This document shows positions 1-12,916 of a stretch of 64,000 nucleotides of DNA, piece after piece (positions within the stretch are counted from its first letter, which is position 1; the number at the start of each line of letters is the position of its first letter). Source of the stretch: the human T2T-CHM13v2.0 reference genome, Homo sapiens; the NCBI RefSeq assembly GCF_009914755.1, contig NC_060928.1, one strand, 5' to 3'. The notes beneath the pieces were generated by a model that saw only the letters and a list, made by a program, of their open reading frames with translations, made no database searches and was not told where the DNA came from. The position numbers and the translations under genes were made by a program.

Positions 1-1564
1 AAGCAAGTACTAATTTCTGAGTTCGGGCTTAATTTTAAATTATTAAGTTTGTGAAGTGTTTGGAAATGCTTTGCTTATGGAATGTTAGTTGCACATAACA
101 TAATATCACTCTTTGTTTTATATCTGCAAAAATAAATAAAGATTTGTGCTATCTGGTTTAATTATCTCATTAGAATTCAGTAAGCTATGTAAAGGCTGCC
201 TTTTGGGGCTCATTAAGCCAAACTTCCCCATCAGTATTAGGAATGTTGCAAGTGAAGAAAATACATTTTAGAGCGGAGAGTGTGTTGTTGCTGAAAAGTC
301 ATTTGGTTGCTACAATACTGCTTGCAAGGAGGGAGGGGGCCTTCAGGCCAGATGGCAGGCAGGTACCTGGGAGGATTACATGGTGTGCAGCTCTTGCTGC
401 AGAGGAAGAGATCAGTTTACGGTGCTGGGACCAGATCTTTGTGGCAGCAGGTTTCTGAGTGTTGATGTGCAGGGTCAACAAGCTTAATGTTTTGAGCTGG
501 CTGACCCCAGTTTTACTGAAGAAATAGGTTGAAGCACAATGGTGTTTGGATTGAAATCTGAGTTCCCACAGAAAAATGCAAGCTCTTTACCGTGGCTGCA
601 GCAGCAACAGCATTTGGTGCTGGTCCTGGGAAGTGTTTTAGTCTCCAGGGCCTGGGATCTAAATCTTTCCACCAGATTGAAAGTCTCATAATTATTTTTT
701 TTTTTAAATAAAACATACAAAGCCACACGTCCTTCCCATTTAGTTATGCTGGACAATGAATCACATTAATTTGAAAAAAGGCTGTATAACTTGTGTTTTA
801 TAAATTGAGACTTTTCTTCTCTGTGTATTTTAAACTTGTCATTACCATGCCACGAACTTCTTAACGTGAAATCAAGGAAGTATTTTGCACCTGGATATAA
901 AATGCCACATGTCTTGATAATCTTCCAATGTGCCACTCTCTTACCAAAAGGCCAGTTCTACTCTGTTGAGTTAACATTTTCTAACTGCAAAACCAATGGA
1001 CTTGTCAACATATATTGCTCCAAATGACTGGATTTAAAAAATCCTGAAGAGAGTTGTCATTTTGATGTTCCTGACTGTATGATATGTAGCTATATGAATG
1101 TTCTTTTTATCATTTGAAATGGTTTTGTTTAGTCAGGCTCTTGCTAAAATAAAGTGCATTTCCATGTGAATTTATGGGGGCTTGCGGCCCCAAACTGCGG
1201 CTGCCTGCCTCGATTTTGGATTTGCTATTGATTCCTTTTATTGGTTTTTGGCAAGTTGCTGAGGGCATATGTTTTGCACTTTGCTGCCTGATGTGTAAGA
1301 TTCTGCTGACATCCAGGAAAGTGCCACAAAAACCTGTTGCTCGTAGCCAAGCTTATGTGTTTTATGGCAATCCGCTGAGCTCAAGTTTCTTGACAACAAG
1401 TCTTATTTATGGAGAAACAAATGCAGGCAGTGTTTTGTGGAACCATGCTGCTCTCTTTCTGGGAGTAACTTTTGGCATTTCTATGCCAAAGGACAAACGT
1501 TATTTTAAACATCTCATATTTTATGTGTGATGGAGAAAGTGCTCCTCTTGCTGCTGCTGATAGA

Positions 1565-1745
1565 TACCATTTATTGAGCACATGCCATATGCCAAGTAAT
1601 ATACATTGGCTTATCACCATAAAACTGCAAGGGAGGTGCTGTTGTCTCCATTACAAAGACAAAGAAGCTTAGGCTTAGAGAAGATAAGCAAATTTCCCAG
1701 ATTTTTTAAGTGGAGAGGCTAGGATTTAAATTAGTTGTCTCTGAA
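1565..1745 (-). mobile_element. MIR SINE fragment
   Basis: Matches reverse MIR core: CATTTATTGAGCAC...CCATTACAAAGACAAAGAAGCTTAGGCTTAGAGAAGATAAGCAAATTTCCCAG...AAGTGGAGAGGCTAGGATTTAAA. Confidence 0.75.
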
Positions 1746-1940
1746 GTTTATGTTTTTCTCAAAAGACATTCAAGATACAAATATTGCCCTTAATTTTTGA
1801 ATAAAGAAAATTCTATTTTGTAATTTCCATTCTATTATATTACAATTATTAAGTTTATACCATTTATAGTGGTTAGTGCCGTGCAGATGGAGCAATGACT
1901 AAGACATCATTCCTGTTCTTTAATGACTCATAGATCAGAG

Positions 1941-2170
1941 CAGTGGTTGTCAATTGGGGGTGATTTTGCCCCTCCAGGGAACAAACATTTCCCAAGGTCT
2001 GATGCCATTTTTGATTGCCAGTTTGACTGAGTGAGTGTGTGTGAAGCCTACTGGCTATTATTGGGTAGAGGTTAGAGATGTTGCTAGGCACCCTGCAATG
2101 CACAAACAGCACCCACAACAAAGAATTATCCAGTCTAAAATGTCCATTGTAGCAAGGTTGAGATACCTTG
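1941..2170 (+). mobile_element. MER20 (hAT-Charlie non-autonomous DNA transposon), full length
   Basis: Starts CAGTGGTTGTCAA, internal GGGGGTGATTTTGCCCC and CACAACAAAGAATTATCC, ends GGTTGAGATACCTTG; colinear with the MER20 consensus as recalled. Confidence 0.9.
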
Positions 2171-2919
2171 GTCTAGGAAAAGAATCAAGACACCAAAAAC
2201 ATGCTGGGATTTTTGGTGTACCTTTAATGATGGTGTGGTAGATTGTATTCTTTGTTCAAAATACTTGCTGATATGTTTTGGAGATCTAGGAATTAGACCT
2301 CCTACTCCATTAACGCCAGGCTTGGCCATTTGTTTTGCTTGGCCATTTGTTTTGTTTACAATGAAATGTATGTAGAAGCTCACAGAGCCATTGTATAGTT
2401 TTGCCATCAATTTTTTCTCTCTGTCACAGGACCATCAGGTTCCAGGCAGGGGCTCTTTCCTCTGGGACCTAAAATGAAGACAACATGGAATAGAGAACTG
2501 GTATCATAACTAAGAAACAAATATTTGCTGAAATCCACTGAGATTTTGAAATGATTATTACAGCATAACTTAGTCCATGCTGACTAACTGGTGTGGTTGT
2601 TATTTCGACAGATGAGGATGAGGTAGAATTGTAGTAGGAGGAAAGACTGGAGTCAGTGTATACCAGGTTAGATTTTAATTTCATGTGTGGAAAGTTTAGC
2701 AGGAGTGAGAAAGGAAATTACTGCTGAGAGCAGAGGGAAAGGGACAGATACAGAAGGCAGGGGAACAGGGAAACCAGTTAAACTGTGATAATGGAGTCCC
2801 AGTGAGAGAAACGAGAACGTGCACATGGGCAGGGCCCATGTAAGTGAAAAGTTGGGAGCTTATGCAAGAGCGATTGGGAAAGAAAAAATTATTGGCCATG
2901 AAAATTTACTTGATGTGGA

Positions 2920-3230
2920 CAATGATAAGTTGACTCAAGGATGACATTAAGATTTTGAAAGTGATTATCTTGAAAGATGATGTCACACAACAACATATTT
3001 TGGAATGGATATGTTACATTCCTTCTAGAGCCATTCAGCTTGAAATACAGATGGGCCATCTAGAGAGAGATATTCAAAGACAGTTGGCGGTGAGGGCCTG
3101 GAAAATGGGAATTTTGGCTTGATTTACATATTTGGGCATCATCTGCACATGAGTATAATTTGGACAATATTATCTAGGGAGAGTGATAGGAAAGGAAAGA
3201 GAAGGACAAAGAAAAGGAAGTCAGAGTTTG
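2920..3230 (-). mobile_element. L2 LINE fragment
   Basis: GACTCAAGGATGAC...CAGTTGG...ATTTGGGCATCATCTGCACAT...ATCTAGGGAGAGTG matches the antisense L2 RT region around the YADD motif. Confidence 0.65.
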
Positions 3231-5357
3231 GGCAAAGAATGAACCTGATAATAGGAATGTCAGGCATTTCCAGTGGAGATGCCACGGCTGACTAGTAAGA
3301 AGCAGAGGTAATCATGAGTGTAAGGAGGCAAATTAATGCCTACTCCTTGGTTAACTGAAAATAAGTGCTTAAATGCCTTTGATATTACTCTAAAGCAGTT
3401 AAACCTTGGTTAAGAAAAAGGTAGTGCACAATTATAAGGTCAGGAATTTATGAACACTCATTATAAGAGTGTAAGTTCAAAGTTTTCCTCAATACAAAAT
3501 GAAAACCAGAATAAGAGTAGCAATTATTTGGAGGTTAAAAAAACTTTAACTTATGCTTCAAAGTTTGTAGTTTTGAACTGTATTTTTATGTCTTTGCTGT
3601 GCCTATTCATTTGAAATGAGTTTACTACATTCTTTATTTATTAGTTATGCTTTTAAATAAAAATATGTTCTTGATTAGATCATGACCTATTAATCTTTCT
3701 TTCTCACTTCCATACCTCAGGGACATCTACCCAGAAGATGTTTACGATCATAACTGAAGGGCTGAGCTTCCTGTCCATTTCCTCCCCTGCTTTTCCAGCT
3801 TCACAGACAACATGCCCATGACTTTTGAAGTTTTGCCAAGGGCTGTTCCATGGGTGAAAAAGATTGGTGAAATGCTGTATTCCCTAAGAATAAGTCAAAA
3901 CACCACCCATTTTTCTTCCTCTGTCTTCACACTTTAGTATGTTAGGCTCCTGGGACATTTTGTTAGAGAAATGTTCACTTAGCAGATCACCATTAACCGG
4001 CTATTGGCTGCAGGAATAACAGAGGCAATGCTTGAGAGAAGTCACAGGTATACATGAGATTACCCAGGGAGAGACAGCATTAAACATGCTAGTGTAAAAT
4101 GTCACTCATCTGTGTGAATATAACTTGCCCCTCTTCTAAAAGCAGTACTAACCTGAATGATTTCATCTGGAATATTAATTTTCTTCAATTTCCCTGCCTA
4201 ATCAATCTGTCAGTTTGCATTTACCTTAAGATCTTATGGCTTTTCTCAAACTTAAGAGTTTAGGACACAGTCTTCTTCTAGGCATTTATCAAATGATTAA
4301 ATAAGGCTGATTATTTGGAGATCTGGCTGTTTACACCAGAGAAGGCTGATTCGCTAATCTTTTATTTCCTCTGTCTAAACTGCCTTATCATCATCGGTAA
4401 AGCATCTTCTGATTGCACAGTGAATTGGAATGTTGGAGTTTAATTGTGGAGACTCATGTGTCCAGGTGCTAGATAACATTCTACCTCACCTCCTTTGTTA
4501 GGAGCCCAGCATCCTCATGTGCCTCAGGCTCCTTCCCTATAGTGGCATCCCACATTTTGCTTTAGGTTCCTGACCTTTCCTTTCCACCTCTTTGAAAGTT
4601 TTGTACTCATTGTCACATAGTCACATGGCAATTCATTGACATTGGTGGCAGACTGCTAATTTGATGAGCTAATCACTGGAATATATTACTGAGAGTGGCC
4701 ATCTTAATGGGCTTTTTTCTTGGTTGTGCCTTTTCTGTTAATGGAGGCTATTTGGAGACATAAAAACTTAACCCAAATAACTGTCATTGACAGTACCATG
4801 TTCAGGAAAGTGGAGGAGATATTCTTGAGAAGACTGTAGGCCTCCTTTTAATTACACCACATTAGTGATCAGCTCTTTTGCCACTCCACTATGTATGTGT
4901 GAACAATGAAAACTAAATTCCGTTTTGATGTGCGTTGAGCAGAGATAAGGCCATGACCCATTATTAATATTGTGGCATTTTAATTAATGACTAGGGCTAA
5001 TCAGATGATTTAGTTTCAGGCAGTTTTTTAGATTCAAATTCTTCTATCATAATTGATATTACAAAAGCCTTCTGAAGAAACTACATTATTCACAAGACTC
5101 AGTTAAGACAGCCAAGGAGCCCCCTCAGAGTAGGTCCTGTGAGGAGGGTGGAGTCTCTAATCTCTTTTTCTTCCTAGTGATCATCATTGCTTCTCTACAC
5201 TGGCGGCATAGTAAAAATGATACAGCAAGTCATCCTATGAGTGATGGTGGAGTGGTGGACCACTCTTATGCTTAGAATGAAGCTAGAGAAAGTGAGGGTA
5301 GGAAGATGAGGATAAGGAAAATGAAGGGACTATGGGTTCTAACTTCACAGCTTGGAT

Positions 5358-5395
5358 TTTGTTGTTGTTGTTGTTTGTTTGTTTGTTTGTTTTTT
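5358..5395. repeat. (TTG)n/(TTTG)n simple repeat
   Basis: Directly visible. Confidence 0.85.
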
Positions 5396-5471
5396 AAATT
5401 CACTCTACTTGTTAAAACTACATAAAATACCAATGAGTCAAATACTAAGTATATCTAGTGGTATTCCTTAG

Positions 5472-5536
5472 GTATCTTCTCTTTTCTAGGATGTACAAAC
5501 GTTATGTATCTTCTCTTTTCTAGGATGTACAAACGT
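5472..5536. repeat. Perfect 31-bp direct duplication with 3-nt spacer
   Basis: GTATCTTCTCTTTTCTAGGATGTACAAACGT at 5472-5502 and 5506-5536, separated by TAT. Confidence 0.95.
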
Positions 5537-5679
5537 CTGTGCCAAAGGTTCTGCATGGAGGTTTTAGGTCATCGGGCTAGCTGGATAAGGAAGCCATTTT
5601 CCTGTGATACTGACAGCATTACAGTTGAAATAATTAATATCTCAGTTTAAGAATGAATCAGAGTCAAGTGCCACATCTA

Positions 5680-7417
5680 AGAAAAATCAAAGCAACCAGA
5701 AAAGAACTTTCTCAGACTCTCACCAACCCATCTAACCAATGACAGCATCTCTAGTGTCATCACTTGCCTTCCCACTTGCTTCCATGGATGAACTTCTGTG
5801 TCCTCATTATGACCAATCTCTCCACTTTTTTGCTAGATCACATCAACTCTTATCTACCAAAAACATCACTCCAGCAATTTTTTTCTTGTCTTTCCTACGT
5901 TATCAAGTTTTACTCTCTACTGATTCTTAGCCACAATCATATATTCTGTTATCATTCCCATCTTAAAAAAATCTTTTCTTGACCCCACTTCTTCTAGTGA
6001 TTGTGCATTTGTAGCAACATTTTAAAATTCCTTTTTTTCTATTCCTTTTTGAATCCACTCTAATTTGACTCTGTCTTTGACCGTTCCACTAGACTGCTCT
6101 CATCAAACACACTAATGACTTTCATAGTGCTAAAGCCAATGGTCAATTCTCTGTGGTCATCTGACATGACCTATCAGCAGCAGTTGACACAGTTCAGCAC
6201 ACCCTTCTCGATGAAATGCTTTCTTCATTTGGCCTCTATGGCACTGCAGTATCTTAGTGTTTTTTTTTTTTTTTTTTTTTTTTTACATGTTAGACTCTCC
6301 TTTTCTGCTTTATTCCATCTTTCTATTATCCCTGACTTCCTATTGTCAGAGCCCCAGAGTTCAACCTTGATCTTCTTCACTTTCCTGCCTACACTCACTT
6401 TTTTGATGCTATAATTCAGTCTCATGGCTTAAAATGGCACCTACATTCAAAGACTTCCACATTTATATCTGTAGTCTAGATCTCATGTAATAAACTCTCT
6501 CCTTGACATTTCCATGTGAAGGTCTAATAGACAACTCCAACTTCATATATCCCAGACTGAACTTTTGATCTTCTTCCTCAAAGCTGTTCTATTTGCACAC
6601 TCACCCATTTCATTTGATGGCAGCTTCATCCTTCAAGCTGCTCAGGCTGAAAAAACTCAGTCTCACATCTAAACATTCAGGAAGTCTCGTTTGCTTTACC
6701 TTTCTACCTCCTACACTGCTACTGTGCTGATGTGAGTGGCATTGCTGCTCACCTGGATCAATGCCATTGCCTTGTAACTGTTATCTTGGCTCCCATCTTG
6801 CTCCTCTAGAATCTGTCCTTCACAACAAAGCTAGATTGGCTTTTTTTAGAAATGTAAGTCAGATCACGTTGCTTCTCTAATGGATTAGAGGAGCAAAACC
6901 CACCAATGGATTCTCGCCTTAATTAGAGTAAAAGCTGAAGTTCTTACCTGACACCATTATCTCTCTGAGCTGATTTCCTGATAACCTTTCTTCTTACTCC
7001 CTTCTAGTCACACGGTGCTTAGGGCTTTTGCACTGAAATGCTTTGCTCCCATGTAGCCATGTGAGTAACTCCTTCACCTCCTTCAAGACTTAATTCAAAT
7101 ATCACCTTCTCAAAGAGGCCTGCCCTGACAAAACCACTTAAAATTGCAAATGCTTCCACCTTATTCCTAGTGCCCTTGAACCCCTTTGTAGTATTCTGTT
7201 CATTCCTTTCTTCTACAGCATTTATCAACCTTTAACATACCATGAAATATATACATTTATAATGTCTGTTTATTGTCTGTCACTTTCTTCTAAAATGTGA
7301 GCCTCATGATACCAGAGATTTTTGTTTGTTTTGTTCACTGATTCTCAAATGCCTAGAAAATTTGTCTAGAATGCTGGTGATCCATAAATATGTGTGAATT
7401 GAATCAATGAGTAAATA
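5680..7417 (+). mobile_element. L2 (L2a-like) LINE, ~1.7 kb 3' portion
   Basis: RT motif relic GACCTATCAGCAGCAGTTGACACAGTT (DLSAAVDTV, cf. DLSAAFDTV); L2 3' end TTTGTTTTGTTCACTG...ATAAATATGTGTGAATTGAATCAATGA; T25 run inside at 6260-6284. Confidence 0.85.
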
Positions 7418-7659
7418 ATGTCCTTTACCAGGGAGAAAAGTATCATAAGGTCAGAAGCTGGGAAGATCGGGAGGTCGAGAAGGGGAAAGGCAACAAATAA
7501 TTCAAGATGGGGACCATTAACAAGCTTAAAATATCAGAACTTTGTATTAAGTAGTGGTGGTGAATGAACAGCTGCAATTTACCATATAGCATAGAAATTC
7601 TAGTTTCTTCACTATTCTACATATGATGTGGCTTCCTTCATCTCCACTACCTGATTTTC

Positions 7660-8300
7660 CCCTTTGTTCAAAATGAAACATGATATTCCAGATGCAGTCA
7701 AACCAGTAGCCTATTATTCTCCTTTTGTCTGAACTTACATGTCCAGGAAAGTAGTGAAAGAGATTATTAACTTCCTAGGGTTAAATGACACATGACTTAC
7801 ATTGAGCCTTCTGTCAGCCAAACTACAAGTAACTTTTGTTTATTTTTTCACACAAACCATACTTAAACAAAATCTGCTCAATACTATTATTTTAACCTAT
7901 GTATGACTTTTATATTTTTTCCTATTAAATTATAGCTTTTCAGTGAAGATCCATTCTTCCAACCTGTTAAGATCTCGGTCCAGCATTTTAGTAAGACTTC
8001 ACAACTTTTTATTGTCTGGAAATCTGAGAATTTTAAAAAAATCTTTAAGATATTCACAAAATAACTTCCTGGACAGGGCCCTGTCCAACAACTCCTGTGC
8101 CAAACTACTACAAATCTTCCTTCCCACAATAGCAGGATCTATTTAAACCAGCTATTTCTTAATCTTGCCCACAAAATTGTTACTGAATAATATTTCAAAT
8201 GCTTTGCTGAAATCAAAGTATACTATGTCTATGGGATAAAGAGAAAATGAAGCCAGTTTGTCAGGATTCTATTAGACAAGCCCATGAGCCCTTTGTATGA
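7660..8300 (-). mobile_element. CR1/L3 LINE reverse transcriptase relic
   Basis: Reverse strand of 8194-8232 translates IDIVYFDFSKAFE (CR1 RT motif VDxxYLDFSKAFD); GPVL-like segment near 8075; outer boundaries approximate. Confidence 0.75.
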
Positions 8301-8532
8301 GCTCACAAACCATCTTTTATTAATTCTGTCTTGAGATTGGGCTTACTATCTGCAATTTGAAGATTTGATCTTTTCTATCACAGTGACAACTTATCTCTGT
8401 TTATTTTGTGACTTATATTTGGAAGAAATCATTCATATACTCCTTCTGGATGGGTGGTCCTTGTCATTTAAAAATACGAAAGCAATTACATATTATTTTC
8501 CATAAATGCATATATAAAATCTTATTATGTAG

Positions 8533-8991
<459 letters not shown>

Positions 8992-9293
8992 TGATCCTCT
9001 TTAAGAATTCTCAGCTAGCTTATTTCAGAGAATCAGTTGATTCTTCCCTGAGACATGGTATTACCCATAAAACTGTCCTTGAAACAACCTTTATACTTTG
9101 AGGCTCCACCTAAAAGTTATCAAGTAATTCATTTTTCTGTTTGTTCAATGAGATTTCTTGAGCTCATCCAATGTAGTAGGCACTGTGCTGGGTTGTGTAG
9201 TGATTCTAAGCCTTGACAGTTTTGAGTTTAATCCACCTCTCTACCTTTCACTCTTGCCTCTAGAAAAAAAAAATCTCTTTGACTTTGAAGTTT

Positions 9294-9687
9294 TGTATTA
9301 TGAGCTTAATGTTTGTGTCCCCCCAAGTTAATAGGTTGAAGCTTTAACCCCCAGTGTGGCTGTGTTTGGAGATGAAACCTCTGAGGAAGTAACTGAGTTA
9401 AACCATGTCATAAAGGTAGGGTCTGGATCTGATAGGTTTAATGTCCTTGTAAGAAGAGACACCAGAGAACTCTCTCTCTCTCTCTGGTGCTCACAGAGGA
9501 AAGGTCATGTGAGGACAGAAAGAAAATGTGTCATCTTCAAACCAGGAAGAGAGCCCCATCAGAATTCGACTATGCTGGCACCTTGATCTTGGACTTTCAG
9601 CCTTCAGAACTATGGGAAAATACACATCTGTTGTTTAGGCCGCAAGTCTGTGGTATTTTGTTATGACAGCCCAAGCAGATGAATACA
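9294..9687 (+). mobile_element. MaLR solo LTR (MLT1A-like)
   Basis: AATGTTTGTGTCCCCCC...GTCCTTGTAAGAAGAGACACCAGAG...CACCTTGATCTTGGACTT...GTGGTATTTTGTTATGACAGCCCAAGCAGATGAATACA. Confidence 0.88.
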
Positions 9688-9709
9688 GATTCCCTATGGG
9701 CTTAACCCT

Positions 9710-10547
9710 ATGTTTCATTATCTATGGCTGTGTGCCAAGCTACTTCAAAACTTACTGGCTTAAAACAACAATGGTTTATTATTTTTCATAATTCTCTGGG
9801 TTGAGTGAGGATCAGCAAGGCAGTTCTTCTGCTGATCCTATCTAGGGTCTTCACTCAGCTGGGAAAAACCTCTAAGATGATCTCCTCCTTCAGAGTTTCT
9901 CTCATTTGGATTCTAATCATTCAGTAGCCTAGTCAACACTTCCTTCCCTTGCAGCAGCTGGGTTCCAAGAGGAGATCTCTTCTCTTAAGAACTGTGCTAA
10001 GAAGTTTAGAATGTCACATCAGGCACAATCTACATGCCAAAGTAGGTCTCGAGGCCAGCCCACATTCAAGGGGAGGGGAAATATGCCACAACTCGGGGTG
10101 AGTAGTAACATGCTGGTGCCAGGAGAAGAGAGACTGTCTGGGGCCATTGAGATAGTTTGAATGTATGTCCCCACCAAATCTCATGTTGAATTGTAATTCC
10201 CAGTGTTGGAATGGGACCTGGTGGGAGATGTTTAGGTCATGGCGACAGATGCCTCATGGCTTGCTGCTGTCCTCGTGGAAGTAAGTTCTCCCTGATCCTT
10301 TAAAACTGTGTGGCACCTCCCACCTCCCTTGCTCTTGTTTTTGCCATGTAACATGCCTGCTCCTACTTCACCTTTTGCCATGAGTGAAAGCTACTTGAGC
10401 AAATGCCGGGGTCATGTTTCCTGTACAGCCTGCAGAACAGTAAGCCAATCAAAATCTCTTCTTTATAAATTACTCAGTCTCAGGTATTTCTTTATAGCAA
10501 TGAAAGAATGACTGAACACAGCCATCTTTGAAAGACTATGTGCCACA
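9710..10547 (-). mobile_element. Old MaLR LTR (MLT1H/I/J-like) interrupted by an MST LTR
   Basis: AAAACTTACTGGCTTAAAACAACAA...AGGCCAGCCCACATTCAAGGGGAGGGGAAATA...GCCAT [insert] GCCATCTTTG...GCCACA. Confidence 0.75.
10148..10520 (+). mobile_element. MaLR solo LTR (MSTB-like)
   Basis: TG...CA termini, CCAAATCTCATGTTGAATTGTAATTCCC, CAGTCTCAGGTATTTCTTTATAGCAATG; perfect 5-bp TSD GCCAT (10143-10147, 10521-10525). Confidence 0.92.
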
Positions 10548-10619
10548 CTTTTTGTCATCTCTTCTACAAAATTCTCTGTTCATTTTGTCATATAGGAAGT
10601 ACTTTTTCTCGACTTTGCC

Positions 10620-11372
10620 TTCCTAGCCCAATTTGTGTTTAACGCCAAATGTCTGAAAGATTCTCTCAAGTCAACTTCCTTTTCCCCATTTTCACTGTAG
10701 CCAAGAATTTGGCCTTATATTAATTCTTCTTGGCTACTTCAATCACTTCTAATCCAGTACCCCTTTCTCCAGACTCCCCTTCCAACCCATTACATATATT
10801 GCTGTTAGATTAATTTCTATAAAGCAAAACGAAGACAGCCTGACACCTTTCCTAAAAACCTCAATAGCTCCCCATTGTCTACTAAATTAACACTAACTGA
10901 TATTCAAACAAGGTAAAATATGGCTCGCATCTATATTTTCCTGATTGTACTACATACAATGTGTTTTTCCTGTCTCATGAAATGTTCTTTTTTTCTCTAT
11001 TTCCCAACTTCTCTATCAGTCATATACCTTTATCAAAGCCCATCTTCCAGCTTTTCTGTGGAGCTTTCTCTAACAGCCCCAACTGGAGATGATCTCTTCC
11101 TCTTATATATTCCAAGCAGTATTTATTTCTTGTTTTTCATTGAAGTACTACTACACATAGTATTTGTTTCTAACTCTTCCTACATTCATTCTGTTCTGCC
11201 TTACATTATAGTTGGTTATCTTTATTGGAATCATTCCCTTCTACAAGAAAAAGAGTTATTTGAGGTCAAAGCCTCATTCAAACCAGGTTCTTTGTCACCT
11301 TCAGTGCTTGACATAGTATCTGGTCCAAAATATTTGCTTAATACATTCTTGATCTATTGAGTTGGATGGAAT
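10620..11372 (+). mobile_element. L2 LINE 3' fragment
   Basis: AAAAACCTCAATAGCTCCCCATTG and L2-type 3' terminus CAGTGCTTGACATAGTATCTGG...GCTTAATACATT. Confidence 0.65.
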
Positions 11373-11818
11373 GTGTTAGAATTATAGCACCATTTATTTC
11401 TAGAAGTCAACCTTAGAAATCTCCACTTTTTGGGAGTGGAGAGAATTAGGAAGAGACCTGTGGGGGAGAAAGAGGGGCCGCAGGGATTCCAAGTGCTTCC
11501 CACCCTCCTTTCATTGCACCCTTGCCATTTGTATCAGGCATTCCTTACTTCCAGTTCTTGGACCAAATGGAGACAGAGCTTGCTGGTTGAGAGCCACAGA
11601 GCTTACCATACCATAGGGATTTTGGGGGGTGAGGGGTGGGTGGCAAGAGCGTATTCTGCAATATACAGGGAAAATATATTGATTTAATAACATGAGTACA
11701 AATTATGATTATTCATTATCTGAGTATTGTTACCTGTGTGACCTACTTTCTTTTAAGACCCCAACTATGTAGATTGTGGCTATAATACTCAGCAGCATTA
11801 AATGTTGGTATAAGACAC

Positions 11819-12176
11819 TGTTGTGGGCTGAGTTGTGCCACCTCCTAATATCCTGTTACTTCAGGATGTGACTGTATTTGAAGACAGTAATTTAAAATGA
11901 TCTTAATCTAATATGGCTGGTGTTCTTATAAGAAGAGGACATTTAGACTCACTTAGAGACACCAGGGATGTGTGCACGCACAGGAATGACCACGGGACAA
12001 ACACAGTGAGAAGGTGGCCATCTGCAAACAAAGGAGAGAAGCCTTAGGAGAAATCAAACTTGCCAAGACCTCGATCTTGGACTTTTAGCCTCCATATTTG
12101 TGGGAAAGTAAATTTCTGTTGTTTAAGTCATTCATTCTGTGGCATTTTGTTATAGCAGTCCTAGCAAACTTATACA
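11819..12176 (+). mobile_element. MaLR solo LTR (MLT1B-like)
   Basis: TGTTGTGGGCTGAGTTGTG...TTCTTATAAGAAGAGG...GAGAAGGTGGCCATCTGCAA...TTTGTTATAGCAGTCCTAGCAAACTTATACA. Confidence 0.88.
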
Positions 12177-12861
12177 GCAAAGATACAAGCATTTTGTTGG
12201 TGTAGTTTTTCTAATCCTTCCTTCTCTAATGTTCTGCAGGTACTGCAATGACCTTTTGGTCCCTTTGCTATTTAGAGAAATTCCTCGGGTCTGATCTCAG
12301 GTATCCTGAGCACAGTATCATTTCTATGAATATTAAGTTTTGGCAAAATCACATGAAAAACACAATTCTCCTGAGCTAATTGAAAAGCTGGTCACAATGG
12401 GGCTACCATTGTAAAAAGCATTTAGAGTGCAACATTTTGTCTATTAAAATTCAGTTCTTTTCAAACCATGCATAACCTTGCCTGGGACACACTCTGAAAG
12501 CACTTTCTATTTATGAAGTTTATTGTTCTATTTACTTGAATTTTTCTTCCAAGTTCTGCCTGTGACATTTTTATCTCCTTTTTATAAGGACAAAATAATG
12601 GTATACCAGGAGGTTGGTAGAAAACAGACCCTAGAATGATTTTCAACTTTTAACCATGCTCAGATTTCAAGGCCAAGTGACTCAATGTAGCATGCAGAAA
12701 GATTGAGTCAGGGCCTGAGGATCAGGCCATGCAGATTTGAAAAAAAAGAAAAAAAGGAAAAAAAAGGACAGAGAGAGATGGGAAATGGCTGGAGTGACTC
12801 AGAATTTATTCCCTGGAGTCCAGACCTCCTTGAGTTTCCTTAGCTGAATTCCCGTAGTTAG

Positions 12862-12864
<3 letters not shown>

Positions 12865-12914
<50 letters not shown>
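12865..12914. repeat. (TG)25 microsatellite
   Basis: Perfect dinucleotide run; Z-DNA-prone and probably length-polymorphic. Confidence 0.97.

Positions 12915-12916
<2 letters not shown>

Noticed and set aside
1472-1489. TTGGCA-N6-TGCCAA palindrome as a full NFI site
   Set aside because: Spacer between TTGGC and GCCAA is 8 nt; NFI dimers need 5
2411-2510. Acceptor-like TTTTTTCTCTCTGTCACAG (2429), and a similar one at 40833
   Set aside because: No good donor at exon distance; isolated acceptors are common
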